Source: Laetmonice hystrix (Eukaryota). Taken from it: a DNA stretch of 64,000 nucleotides. A program made the position numbers and the translations under genes. The stretch covers positions 58,342,001-58,406,000 of the forward strand of contig OZ249436.1 in the NCBI GenBank assembly GCA_965235115.1. Reading direction: 5' to 3'. The notes beneath the pieces were generated by a model. The model did no database searches and was not told the origin of the DNA. It saw only the letters and a list, made by a program, of their open reading frames with translations. The stretch's first letter is position 1. Each line of letters starts with the position of its first letter. This document shows positions 27,330-40,800 of this stretch, one piece after another.

Positions 27330-30300
27330 CATATTATTTCCCTTTCTTTAAAACTTTAGTATGGAGGTCTCTAAGCCTGTAACACACGTTTTTGTTGGAC
27401 ATGACTCCAAAATACCAAAATGACTTGAAAAACACATGTGGCATCCAGCAAAACACACACAGTGCAATACGGACCGACACGACATTCAACCCACACACGG
27501 GGGACTAGCGCTACTTGATGCACAAGATAAGTGGAAGCATCCTTTTCTTGTTTTCTGTTTAATTCCGATTTCCTCCATTTCTCCCATGCTGATTACCTTT
27601 ATTTGAGGTGGTCTTTGAGAACTAACCCGGGATGTGATTGTTATTTGGGTAGCGCTGTCAAAGTCTTCACCTTACAGCCCCCAAAGGGATGCTAATAAAT
27701 TCTCTTTCGTCCACTTCCTGAGAAGCAGTCGCTGGCAATTTCCCGGCAACACAACACGCATTTGTGGTATTGCTGGCACCTATCCTACCGCTTATCCCAA
27801 GCTCCATTCCACCGAATCAACTGGCTTACCAAATTCAATTCGCTTGGTTTAATACAGCAGCTATCCTACATCTCTGAAATCTACTTGCTTTGGTTGCTGA
27901 CAAATCCAATCTGCTCCCACAGGGAATGCCAACAGTGGTAAGGAGAGCCACTCTATGAACTCTGATGAAGTCATCACTGCAGTGTCTAAAAACGGAGGAA
28001 CGCGCTGGGGCGAGATTAATAAATACAGCCAGAATAACATTCAGACAGGGATTAAGGGATTTCAAACGGCCGTACTAAATTACTGTCGCTAAGCCAGTAG
28101 TTACTGAGGCGCTCCCCATTGAATGGAAATCATTCCAGACAGCCATTTTACAAATCTATATACATGTATATGGCGTTCACATGACCTATCACAATACATT
28201 TACGTAAGGTCAGGACAAAGGTATTCAATCCATATCCCTTACCTCTCCGCATCAATGAAGTCTGAGTAAAATGGGAATTTAAGACCGAACATATTATAAC
28301 TTAATGGAGCGGAGACCAAGGGGTGCAATATTTATGTCCATCAATAACGTATTCATTGGAAAGTGTTCTGCCCACCTATAGGTGAATCGTTGTAAATGTC
28401 CCACTATTCCTGAACCGTATCATTATCTCGTATTGTGTGGGCAGACAAAGGGGACGGATTCGTCACTGCCGTCTACTCCGGCAACCTCAACAGATACAAG
28501 TCCTCCGGGGATACATCTCGAGACCCTGATCCCTGCCGTTTGTTCAACAATGGATGCGTTGCTAGGCGACACCTCATATTCTGTTCCGCCGAGATCTTCC
28601 ACTGCTCGCCCATTCAGAGCGTCGTAAAAGAATCACCATGTGATTCTTCAGGGTTCAGTTCCCACAGGTCCCGGCCAGTTGGACTGGGCCGTGTTCACAC
28701 GGAGCGCTGCTATACCCCACCGGTCCCAGTCCCCACAGTGCGCGCTCCATCAGTCACCTTGGTCATGTGGGTTTACAATATCATCAAACTGCCAGCCCAT
28801 GCAATCACCACAGACCATCAAAAATACGTTTCATTTCGTCTGCCTCTAAATCCACCAGTCGCGTTTTTCTTAATTAAGCTTCTCTGACATACGGGTGAAT
28901 AATGTGGCACAATGTCCCAACACTATCAACACTTCTATTGCAAACTTCTGGTCAAATCCATTATAGGAAATTTTTATATGGAGTTCATCTCATTATCGGG
29001 ATCATTAACGTGACGAGCAATATATTCCGGGATAACAAAACCTCGCCTTTTGGGAACAGTCTTTATCCTTAACTACACTAAAGAGAAAACATTTTTCATC
29101 GTTTAATTCAATTTCAGAATTAATCGGAAAGAAAAATACACCTTTAAAAAGCTACCGACTTTCATTGCGACATTAATCTCATCTACATTGGAAAGAAGGA
29201 TTTGTGAAAAATCGATTTTTTTTTCGAAATGTATCTTACGTTCCTTATTTTAGGTCGTCTGGTTTTTCATAGCACAACCAATCTACCAGCTCTGCGTTTA
29301 GAAATGTGATTATCGCTCAAATTCTAACCAAATAAGCAGTAGCTCCTTGTTCGTGTCCCATGGAAGAAAATAACCCCGACTGCCAACCACCTTGCTCGCC
29401 AACATGAGCGGACAAGAAGTGAACCTAGCACGTGCCATTTATTTCATGAATACTCGCAGCGATCCAGAATGATTAATCCAGGCAGGTTTCATGGCGATGT
29501 TGCCAATGATGAGTGCCCTCATTGCCTCAGGAAGGTAATTAAAGGTTGAGTAATGAAAGCAATTTAAACACCAGCCGCTCGTCCCAATACCTGGCAATCG
29601 TAGAGGTTCCCTTATCTCTCCACCGTTCCCCTCCCCCTATCCACTTGCTTATATTGTTAGCCGTCTTCAACTCCCCTCAGGCCACCAACGGGTCACCAAA
29701 TACTGCGCCAAGACCCAGCCGATTCCTTCAACGTTCTCATAATGACGGAATGTACCACATAAGTGTGCAACTTACACTGAATATTCGATACACCTCCACT
29801 TGCTGACGTACGTACGTACGTACATGCAAGCATGGCATCCCAGCTGGTCTCCTACGCACGCCAACATCCCTGATGACCGTGCCTGGTGGAACCCCTCCCA
29901 AAGTCCCAGAGTAATTAACTTAGAGACAAAGCGGCCAGCAGTCCGGCCCCATAGCTTCATCAGGCGCTCCACACCGGGATGTAGGCCCTATTCCATCATT
30001 CCAGGTCGGGGTCACGATCTACTCCCAGCCCGGGGTCAATGCAATGTTTACCCATTGGCAATGTATCAAAGATCATCAAAAAGGAAAATCTAACTTGGTA
30101 CAGCCAACGTGTTCTCCTTGTTCACTGCTAAAGACAACTCCGTTCTTTCCACGCTCATTTGTTCAGGGGAACATTCTTTGAATTATGTGGGTCTCCTAAT
30201 ATTCCTCGAGACCATCTTGAAAAATTACATAAGGAAGGCACGTACGGCAGTCTAGGGATGTCGAACAAAGACCGGCTCTTCATTTGGTTGACCTTACTTG

Positions 30301-30820
30301 GTGACGGGACCTTTGCCTATTGGACATAAGGACCGGTGACTACAGCCCCGCCCCGGGACTGATATTGGCGACCAAGGACACGTAGTCACGAGGGCATCTG
30401 ACCTGAGGACATAACCCCTGCTCGAACTTAATTCACCTCAAGTAAGAAAAATTATTATTTCGAGAAGAAAATGTCATGAGCATCCTTCAGGACCGCTTCA
30501 GACAAGATATGACAACGACTATCAGATTTCTGAAACAACGACAGCAAGATTCACCGCTTGGCCAACTTGAAATGCTACAATATACCTTACAACTTAAAAC
30601 CGACTGTATAGGATGCGTATAATAATGATACTTTCTAGGCCAACACCAATTGAAGAGTTAAAGCAGTAAATTTACATTAATCGATCGAGTCATTAACACT
30701 TATAGATTTAGTCGTCGGGACTGGTCTTCACATTACCACACCGCGACCATGTTTTCAGACCAAGACAAATGGACCTGTTCAACACATACTCAAAGATTTA
30801 CCTTCAATAAAATACTATTA

Positions 30821-30937
30821 CAGTGGGGTGTTCCTCATCATGTCGTTAGCTTGTCGTACCGTTAATTCCAATGTATTTTCAATGGGAATTTTAACGCACG
30901 ACAAGATAACGACAGATGAGGAACGCACCCTACACCG
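30821..30937. mobile_element. 117-bp palindromic MITE, Tc1/mariner-like, TA TSD
   Basis: TA|CAGTGGGGTGTTCCTCATCATGTCGTTAGCTTGTCGT... folds onto ...ACGACAAGATAACGACAGATGAGGAACGCACCCTACACCG|TA along nearly its whole length. Confidence 0.7.
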
Positions 30938-33900
30938 TACATTATCCCAAAGGACTGTCAAGAATTATATGGCTACTACTCCTAGCCCCACCGTTGCTCT
31001 TTATGTCCGTGAGAATCTCATCTTCTTAGGCAGAGATGCAATGTCACATCCCACTTAACGGCCTTTTCCTCTATAGATCCAATCAATATTGCACATGGTA
31101 AGTGTGGTAAGATGAACATAACGTCTCTGAAGCCACCTGACGATAACGATATTATCTTTCTCTTGTCTCCTTCCTGGTGTCATTTGCATTAGCTCGAGTG
31201 TTATCTTACCACTGGATATGGAATCTCTTAACATACGCATGCCGCTAATTCAAACAAACGATTTGGAGTCAATCCGGTAACCAAGCCTGATGTTCAATTC
31301 GGTTTTGGTAACCGTATCTGGTTTTCATTTAACTTTTTGAGAAAGAAAACGCTGTTGCAATAGAAATTGGAAATTTGTCCTCCTTCATGTACAGAAAGCC
31401 TTTGACAAAGAATATCAAGCCGTACACACCGGACATTCTTCACTTGATATTCACTTCCAACCCTTAGCATCCCTCTACCCTCCGCCTTCAGTACAGCTAG
31501 GTACGTTTAACTTTGGACAAAATAAACGAAAGAAGGCGGAGAATAAAAATTACAAAGTCTGACAAGACATCTCACAATGTCTTTAAATTGATGCTGACTC
31601 TACTGCAGGATGTCTCACAAAGAGACATATCCAGGAATCAGTGAAATACTGATGACTTGCATCCGTTCCTGGTTATCCTGCTGACAGCAGCTGACAGGTG
31701 ATGGTGAATGGTACAATTATGAATTAGGATGTAGGCATTATGTAGGCATGTAGATGATTATTTTTCTGCAAATGTTTCTATGCAATATTAATTATTAAAG
31801 TACATGAAAAATCACTAAAAAGACTTGTATTTATAGTGAAAACAGGACCTTCCGTTCATGTTGTAGACAAAGCGGGAGTCTTTATAAAGGTATAGGTGTT
31901 AAATATCAATTCCATTCACTTAAGAAAACGCCCGTGTGCGTCTTGACACTCTAGTTGATATTTTGGCATTTTCGTCTTGACGTTTTAGCACATATCAAGG
32001 GCTGAGGATTGACTGGTTCTATGTCCAAAAATATGAAATGGAAAAAATCGCATTTGAAGTTTAATCAACTTGTATCTTTTAACTTCTTAGATATTTGCTA
32101 ACTTTGTACAGGTGGGGAATATGTGGCGTCAAGGGCATACCTACCCATGCCCCCGATTATTCCATGTAATACATGATCATTTGTCCATGCTGTACGCCAA
32201 TAAGCCCTCAAGGCAGGGAAGGCCCTGTATTTGAAGCGCTCATATCCGGCAAGGATATTAAATACCATTATTTCCCCAGGTGAGGGCAGGGATCGCTTTC
32301 ACCTTAGTATAGCTCAAGGGCAGCATCAAGCGACACCCATGATTCAATGAGAGAACTACAGTATCGACAGGCTATCCTATGAGCAATAACACCATGCTTT
32401 ACGAGTTGACAAAGATTTAGTGTAAATAACAGTTGTATATTGGTAGAAAATGTGAGCAGATACGGAAAGCTTTTTCCGAGAGCTTTACTGTGTTTAGTAT
32501 TAGAGACCGATATCTCACTAGCTCTTACATGCATCCGCCCCAGCCAACCACGACTCCCCCTTTTTTTAAGAAGGCAGTAGTTTTGGAATACGTTAAAGGG
32601 GACTCAACTGTGCAGCTTATTGCGACCGTTGTGATTGATGGCACGATGAGATATGAAATGATTCTTTATGTAAAATATAAATACCATTATCATGTCAGAA
32701 ACACATAATGCAGATTGGCACATACTAGTAGTAGTAGTAATAGTAACAGTACACAGTTACAAATTAACCACTGCTGGTCAACTTCAAACATGTTCACGCA
32801 TGTGTGTTGTATTTTGTTATAGAAAGTGATCATGTCGAAATGATCTTGACAGAAAGAACGCAAAAGCACATATGTTAAGACATACTGAGACCATCCACTT
32901 CGTTAGTGTAGGAAAGGCGGCTAAGAAAAGCTGTCAACAGTATGGCATACATGCTGCCTGTAACTCTGTCAAAGAAATACCTCTGTACGGTCTGCCTTAT
33001 CATAAGGGTTAGACTGGGCTGCTGAGCTTAGTTAAAACATACAACTTGGGGGATGCATCAACTTGAGAACAAACAAAGTCAATAACTTCACATGCCATCC
33101 AAAGTATAAAAGTCTGCAGTCACGTTACATGCACATCTCCGAAAAACTTTCGTAACTAAAATAAAGCAGGCATGCTTTGTACTTACTCGGCCACCTTACA
33201 CAATTTATATTAGCCTGGTGTATGTACATAGCATAACTGAAAATAAAGAATAGCATTCGTATAATTAGGTGTCATTCCAACAATGCATATGATACAGCAA
33301 AAGATATATACAGCCATACGAATTGATATGCAATCTACGAATTGACAATTTGAAAATAAAAGCTATAAACCATGGCATGACAAATCAGGGGAGGATGACT
33401 AAACTCTCGCATCGCGTATCTTGCATGCAAGTTTCATTGTAGGCATTTAACATTCCGTAAAAAAACAAATATAAATTATATACATTATACTCAAAAACAA
33501 ACATTTCAGCATTTCACAAAATATGTCCTTCTGTAACTCTACATCATACTATATGGAAGATCAGCAGCATGCAAAGTGAAGTAAAAATAATGTTTTCACT
33601 GTGAATTAAAACCGTTTATAGAATGAAAGTTCTTCGAGAAAGAAATCATCGTTCTCGGAGATTTACTAAAAATGTTACGAAAAGCTTGAGAACCATGTAA
33701 ACCGTCAGTAAAACTTGTAGCAAAAACGGAATTTAAAGATTCAGATTTCATATAAATAAAAGTCTTAACCAATTATTTATTTCATTAATAAAACTGCGAT
33801 TTAATGGTCGCAATATAAATGTCTGGAAAAACTTAAATTGGTTCACTGGAAACTAGAACATTTCGAAACATTTCTATGATGGACTATTCTAAGATCTCTT

Positions 33901-36900
33901 TTAAACATGGTTGGTATTGTTTTCATGGATGGAAAAGGGATCCCCTTCTTATAATTTCACACCCGAAGTCATCTGTTGGAAGATGGCGATTAAACAAATT
34001 GGTGGACCAAAACAGGTAAACATAGAACTTCATCTTTTTAAACTGTAGAACTATATAAACTGCGACTAAAAGCCCGATTATAAATGAGGGTCAAGGAAAT
34101 GTCATGGGAAGAAGGAGCGAGTAACACAATAATAAATGGAGACTTTGTAAAAGCGGACTGAATACGGTAAAGGAGTAATGTCAGTTTGGATTAAATCAGC
34201 GCTGGACGTGGTGATGGATCCGGCAGCACAAAATCAAGGATGCAATCAATGGTTGAATGATGACACGGTCGACTGGTGGGAGGAAACGCATGACAAACGA
34301 ACTGATGACAAATTGGAGACATTGATAGAGTTACTCACCAAAAAAGGACAATGTCTTAACAAACAGCACACATGAGACCCATGAATCACGCTGCTATAAC
34401 AGATATCAGGGAGACCGGCCCTGGACAGCACACGCTACCAGCTTACAAAACATAGTCATCCACAACAGGCGATCGCTACATCAAAAGGATGCCACAATGG
34501 CTGCCACAAACTCTAGTAGGTCTGGATGGCACCAACACAATCTGTAATACTGGGTCACACCGCTATAGCGGCTACATCTAAGTGCTCTGGTATCCAATCA
34601 GCTTTTACTGTTGGCCAACAAAAAAAGTCGGGCTGCATGCCAGCTTGCTGTTCAGAGTTTTCGACGGGGAACAGCAATAGGCCAACAATAGCTCTGTTCT
34701 CTAATCAATACTGCCTTTCACACATCCCCAATTCTGCCTTGGCCTTTCTCTCCTCGATCTGAGAGGAGAAATTGGGCTGCTCGTTGGCTTCAAGGGCACT
34801 AGCGGGGCAAAACAGAGGCCAATTGGTAGTGTCAAGGCATGCAGTCATAGAGAAAGACCAGCCAGGTTGGACTTGAACTGTCCAGCCGTGTTGTCCACGC
34901 CTAGGTTCACCTCAGATGCGTCGATTGATGTCCATCATGAATATTCCTCTCCTTCTCCCTTGCCACATCGCAAACATTTCGTAGAAATGCCCGGAAATTA
35001 CCCAGAATTCATCCTCCGTGTTGTTACATGCCTGACTACCTTCAGGGAAAGATGATGATATTATTTTGCATCTGTGACAGCCTGACACCGTTCACCGGTC
35101 AGGTGTTGTAATTGAAGTGGGACCTGGATGGGCCGCTGTTCTCAAGTGGCAGGCACAAGTGACCACTTTGTTCCCAGTCCTTGCTGTCCACAGCCAGTGC
35201 TAAGACCAGATCCAGATGGCTCTAGCCAGCCCCGCGCCATAAGTTGAATCGTCAGTGGTGTCCAACATGCCCAGCCAGCATTGCCTACAAGCATTTGCTC
35301 TAAAAGCTGGCCACTCAAGCCTGTACTCCTGATAAGGCTGCGCTTCTTGGGTATTATACTGCCTTGTGAAATACATTTACCACATGGTCACCCCACCAAA
35401 GGGTACACACGTTCTGGTCATGCCCCACAGAGGCCTGGGCGGCAGTGAAGGTCTGCAGAGCCTCAGGAGACTCCCGACATACATTTCTACTCAGCCTAGC
35501 GCTCTAAATTGTCCACAACGGCTGGCCAGCATGAATATTGCACACTTGCGGATCCGTTCTTATAAATAAGTTGACGCTGGCTGGCTCTGAGGGCAATCAG
35601 CAAAGGGTAGGGAAGGTGAGAAGAGGAAGAGGGTGAGGGTCTCGGCAAGGGCACTTCACGGTCCAACTGACCTTTAATACAATTACTGCCACCGGGATGT
35701 GCACCATTTGCCTGATGTGACTGCCACCTGAGCTGACCATTCAAGCACCGAGTCGCCATCAAGTGTTGCCGAGCCCGGGTGGCCGGTGCCCACGGCTGGT
35801 TGGGGGCGGCGGATGGCCGACTGCCTGCCCGCGAGCCCAACAATCGTTACCACCCTTCAACCCTTATGGCATGCACTGTCGTGAATTTAGAGTGACGTTA
35901 GCAATTTCGCTTGTTCATTTATTGTGGTTATTGGTATTGGTATTCAAGTTTCAATTGCTTCTTGAAACAATTCACAAAGGCAACTTTATTCAAATGTTTC
36001 TACAGTAGCTATTTAAGTTTTCATCGCTTCGTTAGGCGTCACTCATGTTTATTCTCCCTGCTTCCTCGTATTAATATGGCAAGCAAATGGAGTGTCAAGT
36101 TTATAACTAATTTGATATCTACAGATTTTAGGACAGATTGAAAAACATGTAAGTCGCTGCATAATTTAAAAACGTCTATTACACTTGTTACGAGATATGA
36201 AACAATATAGAAATATCAGATCCATGTGACACATGTCACAAGATAGATATCATATAAAGGTATTATATACTTGATTCTTTTAAAGATTATTTGATATTTT
36301 TCACAGAAAAAAGGACACGGTCTCTTATCAAGCTGCTCATTCAAAACTTGCTGCGCTTCTGTCATTTGATAACGCATTATTCATCAAAGGATAATTACCA
36401 TTCTTTCCCCACTTTGGTCTGCACCGATATCATGTTATCTACGAGAGTCTAGACATACTAATTAATTATCACTAATCTATGTCACTCACATTGCAAATAC
36501 ATCCTCTCTATCTCCCTCTCTATTTCTCTCTACCATCTCGTCTCTTTATCAGCCACTGTGTACGAGCAGTTCTTGACCTTTTCTTTTATAACAATTTCTA
36601 TATTTTCATTACAATTTGTATTATCCACCCATCTATTTACTCACTCCACAGTTTTCTATCAACTGAGAGAAGCAATCTTCAAGATAACACCTGTTTTAGT
36701 TCACTCCCATTTCTGACACGGGTCTCGGTGGGGTCAGGGCCCGATATGAATTGGTGCCCCATGGCTATGACAACAGTACCCCTTATTACCCAGGGCAATT
36801 GCTTCCACAACCCGTGATCAAAAAGAATCCGTGCACTGGACACGTCAGCGCTGGTAGGCGACTCAGCAGCTCCACACCCAGCCTTCAGGAGGTGTCCAGC

Positions 36901-37673
36901 ACAAGTATCAGAACAGCAGCAGCATGCAGAAGGCTAACAAAAGAAGGGCGGCGTCTCCGGAAAACGACCAGCAATACGTCAAAACGCCTTGCATTAGCTC
37001 ATCAGGAAGCGGCAGTGTCGACCAGACCGGCGATGACTGGCCCGTTTACATAGCTTTATCTCAGTTTGCAGCGGTCTCTCCCTATCCTCAGCAGTCGCCA
37101 CGGTCAACACCTTGTGCGCACATCCGCTGTAACCTTGAAAGTGGCGGTTAGCTTTCACCGACAAGGCCAGGGGATCCCCACACATTTGTCTTACTTTGGA
37201 GGAGGCTGGGTGTAAAGCATTCACTAGACATGCCTGGGTGGTAATGGCTTCACAGATGCTGAGGCTGACCAGGGGCCTGACATGATTTATTCCCAGGTGG
37301 TCCGACAAACCACGCACATTGTCACAGTAATATTGCATTGGAATCAGGCCAGGGATAATCCAGTCAGGCCACTCCTTGTCAATGAAATATTTAAAGCAGA
37401 CAAATGGGAGGATGGGGGGGGGGGGGGGTCACCGAGAAACGCTCTCATGATGCGAGTCATTTAGATGCACCGTTGTCATGCGATCTCCATCAGAATGGTG
37501 CGAGCTGGACGGTTGGCGGGAAGAGCCAGTCAGTCCACACATGACAACTAACTCTTGGCTTGCCTTTTTTATGGATAAGTCAAGGCATAAATTTGGTCCT
37601 GCTCATTGGTTCTCTAGGAATGACTGCCTGGGCCCACTTCTTGAAACAACATGCAAATTTGGATCGACCTTTA

Positions 37674-37824
37674 GGGGACCCTCCATAAATTACGTAACGC
37701 TCAGAGGGGTGGGGTGGGTGTATGTCCAAGCGTTACAGTCCATTATAAAGCTCCATTGAAAGCGTTACGGGGTGGAGTTTCAGATTTTGGTCAGAATAGC
37801 GTTACGTAATTTATGGACGGCCCC
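37674..37824. mobile_element. PIF/Harbinger-like MITE
   Basis: About 28-bp TIRs GGGGACCCTCCATAAATTACGTAACGCT / AGCGTTACGTAATTTATGGACGGCCCC, flanked by TTA and TAA (TWA-type site). Confidence 0.8.
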
Positions 37825-40800
37825 TAAAGGCTCTGTCAGAGGCCTTTCAAAATTATACTTTAAGAGTTGACAACCAATGTTGGCTTTGTAATTCAGATCC
37901 CTCTTTAAATCTTCTTATCAATAGATAATGGTGATGTTGTTTGATCCATAAACCCAAACCAAGGCTATAAACAATTTAAGCTTGGCTTGATGCACCTTCC
38001 CAATTCTAGCATCATTTCTAACCGACTTGAAAATGCTTACTTCCTAAAACAACGTGGAATGTTGTTATTTCGCCTAAGGGAATAAACTTCTATTTTTTGG
38101 ACTGTCATACTCTTCCAGTCTAGTTGTTATGGAGATATTGCTGGGGACAAGACTGAATGTCATGAGACAAGGCGTTAACATCACCTTGACGGATGACCTC
38201 AATCTATCGGAGCATGAATCATGGCGACTGTCAGATGTCAACACGCCATGATGCTTACTTCCTCGACCACCTTCATCCACCCATCACAGGGTTACACAGT
38301 CGCATCAATCATGTCCATATAACGTTACCGTAGTGTACGTCATTTGTTCTGTGATATACGTCATCCAATCAGGGGCTGCCAACAGACAGCGTCACGCGAC
38401 GCACTGTAGCTTTGGCGGGAAATCTTCCTTTAACACCTCATGACAACATGAATGTATATTTATCTATTCTCCCGAATATCATTTGTACTAGTTAGATAAT
38501 TTGTCATTCAGGTTTTTGGCTCTTACTAGATGGCAGATTAAATATTTTCTGGCTCTCTTTCACGCCCATTGTGCCAAGTTTTGCAAATTAGTTGTGTCGA
38601 ATGATCGGTTGGTCGATGGGGTATTGGTGACCCTGCCGAAAGGTCACCACTTGCTACTTGAGGCAATGAGACAGGCGTATCCAGCGCCTTCCAATAGTGC
38701 CTGCTAATGGTCAGCCTAGATGGGCAGTTACTGGACTGGTCACTCACAATAGTACGAGACATGTCACAAAGCCACCGCCCTCTGTCAATACGTATTGACC
38801 ACTCGGTCTGACCCTTGCAGCATTTCTGCCCCTACCATCCAGCCTACTTCCTTCATAAATCATGCTCTGTCAAAAAGTCGCCAAACGGTTCGCCCCATAA
38901 AGCAACTCCAACATCAATTGTTGTGATTTGGTATGCATTTGTCAGCCCTGGCGTTGAGTTACTTTCCACGTAGAAGAACCAGCCAAGAACGCACACTTTA
39001 GACACCTCCTATTTATCTCCCGGATGATGGTGTATCTTTACTGAAAGGATTCTGGGAGCACACAACTAGGCCCATCAGCCACGACAGGGTATGCATCAAA
39101 CCCCTCACCATGTGTAATAATAGTCTGAATGCAAGTAACTGCCGGTTCCTTCAGCTAATCAGAGAGTATGACAATGAGCTCAATGGTTATGCCATACCCA
39201 ATAGGCAGCGACAGACGTCAATCCTGACATGACCGTCGCAACCTCCTCTACAGATACCGAACTTCATCAAGGGTGACTTAGTCTCCTCATGTGGCTGGCA
39301 CTGATGGAGGAAGAGACGCATGCCTCCGTAGAGGGTCAGGTTCCATCTATACCCTGCGGCACAAGAGTTGGACATTCCAATGCAGGCCAGGCACAGATAG
39401 TCAAGGCTGGCTAACCGGCAGGATCAGATACCAAAGAAGGCAAGAGACTGATAAGGCTGTAAAGAATGCATGATGCCATTACCTACTGGCTATTATAGGA
39501 GCCAACAGGGCATTGCAGTCTCATAACTTCATATTAAGCCAAAATGAGAAAAGCCTGGGCAAAGGCAGGCCAGAAAATAGCAAGATGTCAAGAGTATATC
39601 TGGCCAACTAAGCAGTGCGGACATGATACACTGACTAGCTCATTAGACGAGTCCGTTCATATGCAGGAAGCCGGCCCTCCTCCCAACACTACACCTCCTG
39701 CATGGCACCTCCTGCAAATACGGTTCCAAATTCGCCCTCCTAGTCACATTATCAGGAGGGGTTTCGTTAAAATTTTCAGTAAAAAGGATTCCCTTTGATT
39801 GCATATTGAAAACCTCAAAGAAACAATTAATTGTAATGACGGAGTCGTTCTCTACACAAATGTAATTTCCAGAAATGTCCTTCATTTAGAATAAATAAAG
39901 TACGAACCAATTACGCTAACATTTTGATTTCTTTCAAATTAACAAATTAAATTTTAATGAGCCTGGACTTGAAGACTTTTTTTTCAAATATCTAAGTTAT
40001 ATCTATAGTGAATGAAATTAATTTTCAAGATAAATGCACGACACTGCTTTTACAACGAACTATTCCGTATCTCTCTTACTTCACACCTCTATCAAAAAAC
40101 GCTTCACTACAGAAGCAACAGCTCATGCATATTAAACGAAATAATATTCGGCTATAATTCTCTATGTCACTACGTGACCAGCCAACTCGTCGAGCTGTCC
40201 GCCACCTGCCCAACCCTTGTATCAATTTATCGGTGTTGGGGATGAAAACCTACACCTCTCTCATTCTTGGAAACCCTAAGTGAGGACAATACAGCGTGGG
40301 TAGGACGACGAGGTGTGGGCACGTTTTGTACTCCTGTGGAGACCACCATTTGGGTCATGTGGTTGGCTCATTCATCACGAGGCCCGCCTTGTGGTCCGAC
40401 CAGCGGGTGGGCGAGCTGCCATCCGAAAGGATTAGGCCTATATCTAGTCAGCTTCTGCAGCTGCTCTCTGCAACTTGCCTGGAGTTCCAATATGGTGAGC
40501 GACTCGCCGCATTGTCACACTTTAGGGGCTTAAATGATCATAAGTATTATTTCCCTGATTCGAGGACACCTAGGAAAACGAAACGACACCTAGGAAAACG
40601 AGAACAAGCCTGGGAAACAGAAATTATTTACAGGCGATCTTCATATCACCCCAATATTAAACATCTGTTTCTTTGTATTAGAATTTCTTTACTCATCGAT
40701 CGTATGGACCCAAATAACCGGGAGTTGGTGATTGTTTTCCTCAGGTGCTTTGCTTCCTTACCCTAGTCAAACCGATCGCTTGCTATGATCCTAGGTGCCT

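Noticed and set aside
28435-28887. 150-aa ORF with ADKG, as in Penelope RT
   Set aside because: Only a 4-residue match; downstream RT motifs are absent.
34178-34375. Gag-like WW motif ORF
   Set aside because: Too short and no adjoining pol or LTR evidence.
36924-37151. I/Nimb-like LINE ORF1 N-terminus (WP...SPY...LESG)
   Set aside because: Loose resemblance only; no zinc knuckles or ORF2 found.
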